25,003 bases of DNA from a virus. Its lineage: Duplodnaviria; Caudoviricetes. The stretch lies in the IMG/VR virus record IMGVR_UViG_3300032282_005369, positions 1 to 25,003 of that record; one strand, given 5' to 3'. The position numbers were made by a program, and so were the translations under genes. The notes below the pieces were generated by a model, which saw only the letters and a list, made by a program, of their open reading frames with translations, did not search any database and was not told where the DNA came from. Position 1 is the first letter of the stretch. Each line of letters starts with the position of its first letter. This document shows, piece by piece, positions 22,107-25,003 of this stretch.

Positions 22107-22807
22107 CAGGGATACCCGACGAAAACTTGAGCCACCATGCCGGTGATTGGGCTGATCATCGACTGGAGCATCTGATTCGACAGGCCCTGCATCGTCACCA
22201 CCGCCGACCGCAAGTTGTTCTGACTGGTCCGCAGGTTTTCGGTGTTGGAGGCCAGATTCTGTTGCTCGACCGGATTGTACTCCGATGAGAAAGGCAGGTT
22301 CGCGATCTGGTTGACCGGAGGGGTAGTCGCCGGAACGCTGACAGTCGTGAACGCGTTCGGAGCCGGCAGATTGTTGAAGCCCTGAATCGGGGTGAGGCTG
22401 GGAACGGTTCCACCCACGCCAAAAAGCGCGTTGAGAACGCCCTGCTGGTTGGCGCTGATGTTGGGAATCGAGTTGATCGCCCGGCCGTCGCAATCGATCC
22501 AGCCCGTTTGCGGACTGTCACCACCAGCGAACGTGTTCTTGATGTCGCCCGGCTGGAAAGGAGTGATCGGGTAATACTTGCCCAGACCAGTGTCCCAGTA
22601 CTTGAAGACGGCCTGCGAGGTGTTGAAAATGATCGGAGTCGTCTGAGCGGTCGGATCGGACGACACGCTCTGAAAGAACGACACGTCCGCGTTCACCGAC
22701 GCAGCGGTGAACTGCGTGATGATCGTGATCAACTGGTTGATGTCGGTGGCCTTGATGCCAACCGGCACCGGAACCGGCGTCAGGGTGATGGGAATAGTGG
22801 CGCTCAT
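22106..22807 (-). CDS. Tail-collar-domain protein (short tail fibre/needle-type)
   Basis: GDIKNTF..PQTGWIDCDGRAI matches the tail-collar pattern; C-terminal coiled coil; follows the nozzle gene. Confidence 0.65.
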   Translation of the reverse strand: MSATIPITLTPVPVPVGIKATDINQLITIITQFTAASVNADVSFFQSVSSDPTAQTTPIIFNTSQAVFKYWDTGLGKYYPITPFQPGDIKNTFAGGDSPQTGWIDCDGRAINSIPNISANQQGVLNALFGVGGTVPSLTPIQGFNNLPAPNAFTTVSVPATTPPVNQIANLPFSSEYNPVEQQNLASNTENLRTSQNNLRSAVVTMQGLSNQMLQSMISPITGMVAQVFVGYP

Positions 22808-24849
22808 GAAACGGGCGACTGATAGTTGGACGACTCGTCAAATACCGGTTGATAGGGACTCAGGGCAAGCTGAACCGGTTGGTCGTAAAGGGAATACTGC
22901 GGGGTCACGCCATCGATATGCTGAGGACATTCCGCGGCACTGATGATGTTGAAGCCGTTTTCATTTACGCCCGTGTTGCGGATGGCCGTTCCTTCGGTGT
23001 TATCCGGCCGGGAATCGACCGCGATGCGATAGGCCACGATCGCGCCACGGCCCCGCAGCTTCAGCAGGAGGCTGAAAGCGTGGTCAGTGCCATCCTCGTA
23101 TTGGGATTCCACCCCGGCCGACGAACAAATGTCGTTCACTCCGCGAAGATCCTGTGAGATGACCGTGCGCGTCTGGGGCAGGAACGCGTATTGAGGGGTA
23201 CTGTTGATGATTTCCGAGAAGCCGGGCACCGGCGTTAGCACCGACCCGGGCGTGGCAGTGATCTGCTGATCCAAAAGCTCGTGGTAGGCACCCCGCATCC
23301 CGCGCCAGTAGCCCTTGATGTCAAAGTTGCCCAAAACCTGATCCACCAACAGGCGGAAATGCCGGAAATTGGCGTACTCGAAGACCGAATTTTGAACGCG
23401 ATCCAAGCGGGTTTCGACCAACCAGTTGATCGGTTGACCGTTGTCCGCCCGGTTGGACTGAAAAGCCTCCCAGATGCGGACTACCCCGTCCATATCGAGG
23501 GACAGGGCATAGGTGTACTCCGAAGCCAGTTCAACGGACGACCATTCGACCGGCCGCATGCCGGTCCAGACGCCTTGCCAGCCCGCGGTGTTGGCCGCGG
23601 TAGTCTGGAGATCCAAGACTTGAGTATGGCGGCAGTAGCATCGCCCGTGATTCACCGGCCCAACAGGCACGCTCCAGAGCACGTAGCTGTCACGCTTGCC
23701 CACGCAGGTCAGATCCCCGGCCGGATTGTTCGGCGGGCAGATCAGGCGCTTGGAATAGGCCATCTCCTTGTCGATGACCGGCAGATTTTGCGTCGAGTTG
23801 ACCGTGTTGACGGAGTCGAAGACGACGATGCCATCGAGCGACTTCCAGTAAAGGAGGCCGCGATGAACCGTCATGCTCTTTCCGGCGATGCAGCCCACGC
23901 CGGAGAAAATCTTGGTCATGAACCCCGGCGTATTGGCCCAGCCGGCCGAGTAATCCGAAGGGAGGCGAGCGCGAACACCGCTGAACAACGTCCAAGTGGT
24001 CGTGCGCGTGCAAACCACGACCGCCGATTGATTGTTGCCGGACGTTCCACGGTCGATCGCACCGGTCACGTTCTCGGGAAACACCATGACCTGAAAACTG
24101 TTCAGGGTCAGTTCCTCGGTGAAATGAGTGGGATCGCCAAGGTCGGACGCAAAACCAAGCCGGCCGTTGAAGACGAACAGTCGGTCACCGCTCCAAGAGC
24201 ACCAGAGGCCGATCCGAGTCTGGTTGTAATCGGACGGGTAGAGCGTGTTCCCGTCGGCATCCTGCTCGACCTTCTTCTCGGGGTTCATGTGAACACCGAC
24301 CTGACCATCCCAGATGGCCGCCCGGTTGATGCCGTCCTGAATGACCAGCAGGTTCCGGGGAACGATGTTGTTCACGTACTGACCAGCCACGATCGTGTTG
24401 GTCTGCGTGCAGAGCGTGCCCGTCAACTGATCGGCATTGGCCGAGAATTGCAGCGTGGTGATCTGCTGGGCTTCGCCGAGTGATCCGTTCGGATTGATCG
24501 GGCAGAACCAAACCGAGCCACTGACGGCGAAAACTTTCTGAACCTGACCCGTGGACGCGACGAAATCCACCATCATCTGAGGGTGGATGATCGGTTGTCC
24601 CGCCGCGACCCACCAGAGGTTGAACTTCGTACCTGCCGTTTTCACATCGAACGTGAAATGGGTTTTGTACCCCGGACGGGTTTGCAGGAACGCGCCCTGC
24701 GTGACCCCGTTTTCCATCCAGCGGATCTGGCTTTGCTTGACCGCCAACGGGTGGGAGAAACTGTCCACACCTTCGGGAAATCCGCCGAAGCGGGCTCCAT
24801 CGAGGCCGCCCTCGATCATCACTCTGCCGGGTGTGACGGTTTCGGACAT
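22804..24849 (-). CDS. Tail nozzle / tail tubular protein B (P22 gp10, T7 gp12-like beta-propeller)
   Basis: 681 aa, beta-rich; EN..TQGAFLQTRPGY near the N-terminus; DRLFVF..FASDLGDP; position between adaptor and GNAT/ejection genes. Confidence 0.75.
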   Translation of the reverse strand: MSETVTPGRVMIEGGLDGARFGGFPEGVDSFSHPLAVKQSQIRWMENGVTQGAFLQTRPGYKTHFTFDVKTAGTKFNLWWVAAGQPIIHPQMMVDFVASTGQVQKVFAVSGSVWFCPINPNGSLGEAQQITTLQFSANADQLTGTLCTQTNTIVAGQYVNNIVPRNLLVIQDGINRAAIWDGQVGVHMNPEKKVEQDADGNTLYPSDYNQTRIGLWCSWSGDRLFVFNGRLGFASDLGDPTHFTEELTLNSFQVMVFPENVTGAIDRGTSGNNQSAVVVCTRTTTWTLFSGVRARLPSDYSAGWANTPGFMTKIFSGVGCIAGKSMTVHRGLLYWKSLDGIVVFDSVNTVNSTQNLPVIDKEMAYSKRLICPPNNPAGDLTCVGKRDSYVLWSVPVGPVNHGRCYCRHTQVLDLQTTAANTAGWQGVWTGMRPVEWSSVELASEYTYALSLDMDGVVRIWEAFQSNRADNGQPINWLVETRLDRVQNSVFEYANFRHFRLLVDQVLGNFDIKGYWRGMRGAYHELLDQQITATPGSVLTPVPGFSEIINSTPQYAFLPQTRTVISQDLRGVNDICSSAGVESQYEDGTDHAFSLLLKLRGRGAIVAYRIAVDSRPDNTEGTAIRNTGVNENGFNIISAAECPQHIDGVTPQYSLYDQPVQLALSPYQPVFDESSNYQSPVS

Positions 24850-24851
24850 GG

Positions 24852-25003
24852 TCAGCGGTAATCGATCGTTCCAATCCCAAACGCGGGATCAACCTGCATG
24901 GGCATCCACGTCGAGGCGTCCTTGATCGTCTGGATGTCGGTCAGAAGCTGAACGGCCTTCATTTCGTAGCCTTCGGCCAGTTCCAGATTGTTGGTCTCAC
25001 GCA
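24852..25003 (-). CDS. 3' end of an upstream virion gene, probably the head-tail adaptor (partial)
   Basis: Open frame RETNNLELAEGYEMKAVQLLTDIQTIKDASTWMPMQVDPAFGIGTIDYR* ending 2 nt before the nozzle ATG; product inferred from gene order only. Confidence 0.55.
   Translation of the reverse strand, partial: RETNNLELAEGYEMKAVQLLTDIQTIKDASTWMPMQVDPAFGIGTIDYR

Noticed and set aside
1-25003. tRNA/rRNA genes, integrase, att sites, transposases, introns or inteins
   Set aside because: None recognised; intergenic gaps are very short and the polymerase and helicases have uninterrupted, normal-length frames.

Overview
The window is part of a GC-rich tailed dsDNA phage or prophage genome with a podovirus-like layout. 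No host genes, integrase or att site are visible. On the + strand (1-8773) lies an APSE-like replication operon: primase/SF3 helicase (5'-truncated), DUF2800 Cas4-like nuclease, DUF2815 SSB, family A DNA polymerase, VRR-NUC nuclease and SNF2-like helicase. On the - strand (25003 down to about 10830) lies a virion operon: adaptor (partial), tail nozzle, tail-collar protein, GNAT protein, three ejection-type proteins and a 1849-aa polyvalent protein. Between the arms are a + strand GT4 glycosyltransferase and a divergent - strand trio (two small membrane proteins and a Dps-like protein), with back-to-back promoters. The most striking element is the 1849-aa protein. It has an ejection-type N-terminus, an HExxH metallopeptidase, four tandem ADP-ribosyltransferase-like modules and a C-terminal HhH DNA-glycosylase-like domain. 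Each cargo module starts with a recurring (R/K/L)(F/Y)SL motif, one module is a precisely bounded low-GC cassette, and a small overlapping ORF follows. This looks like a swappable, possibly self-processing, injected effector array. All family assignments come from motif recognition by eye, not database searches.
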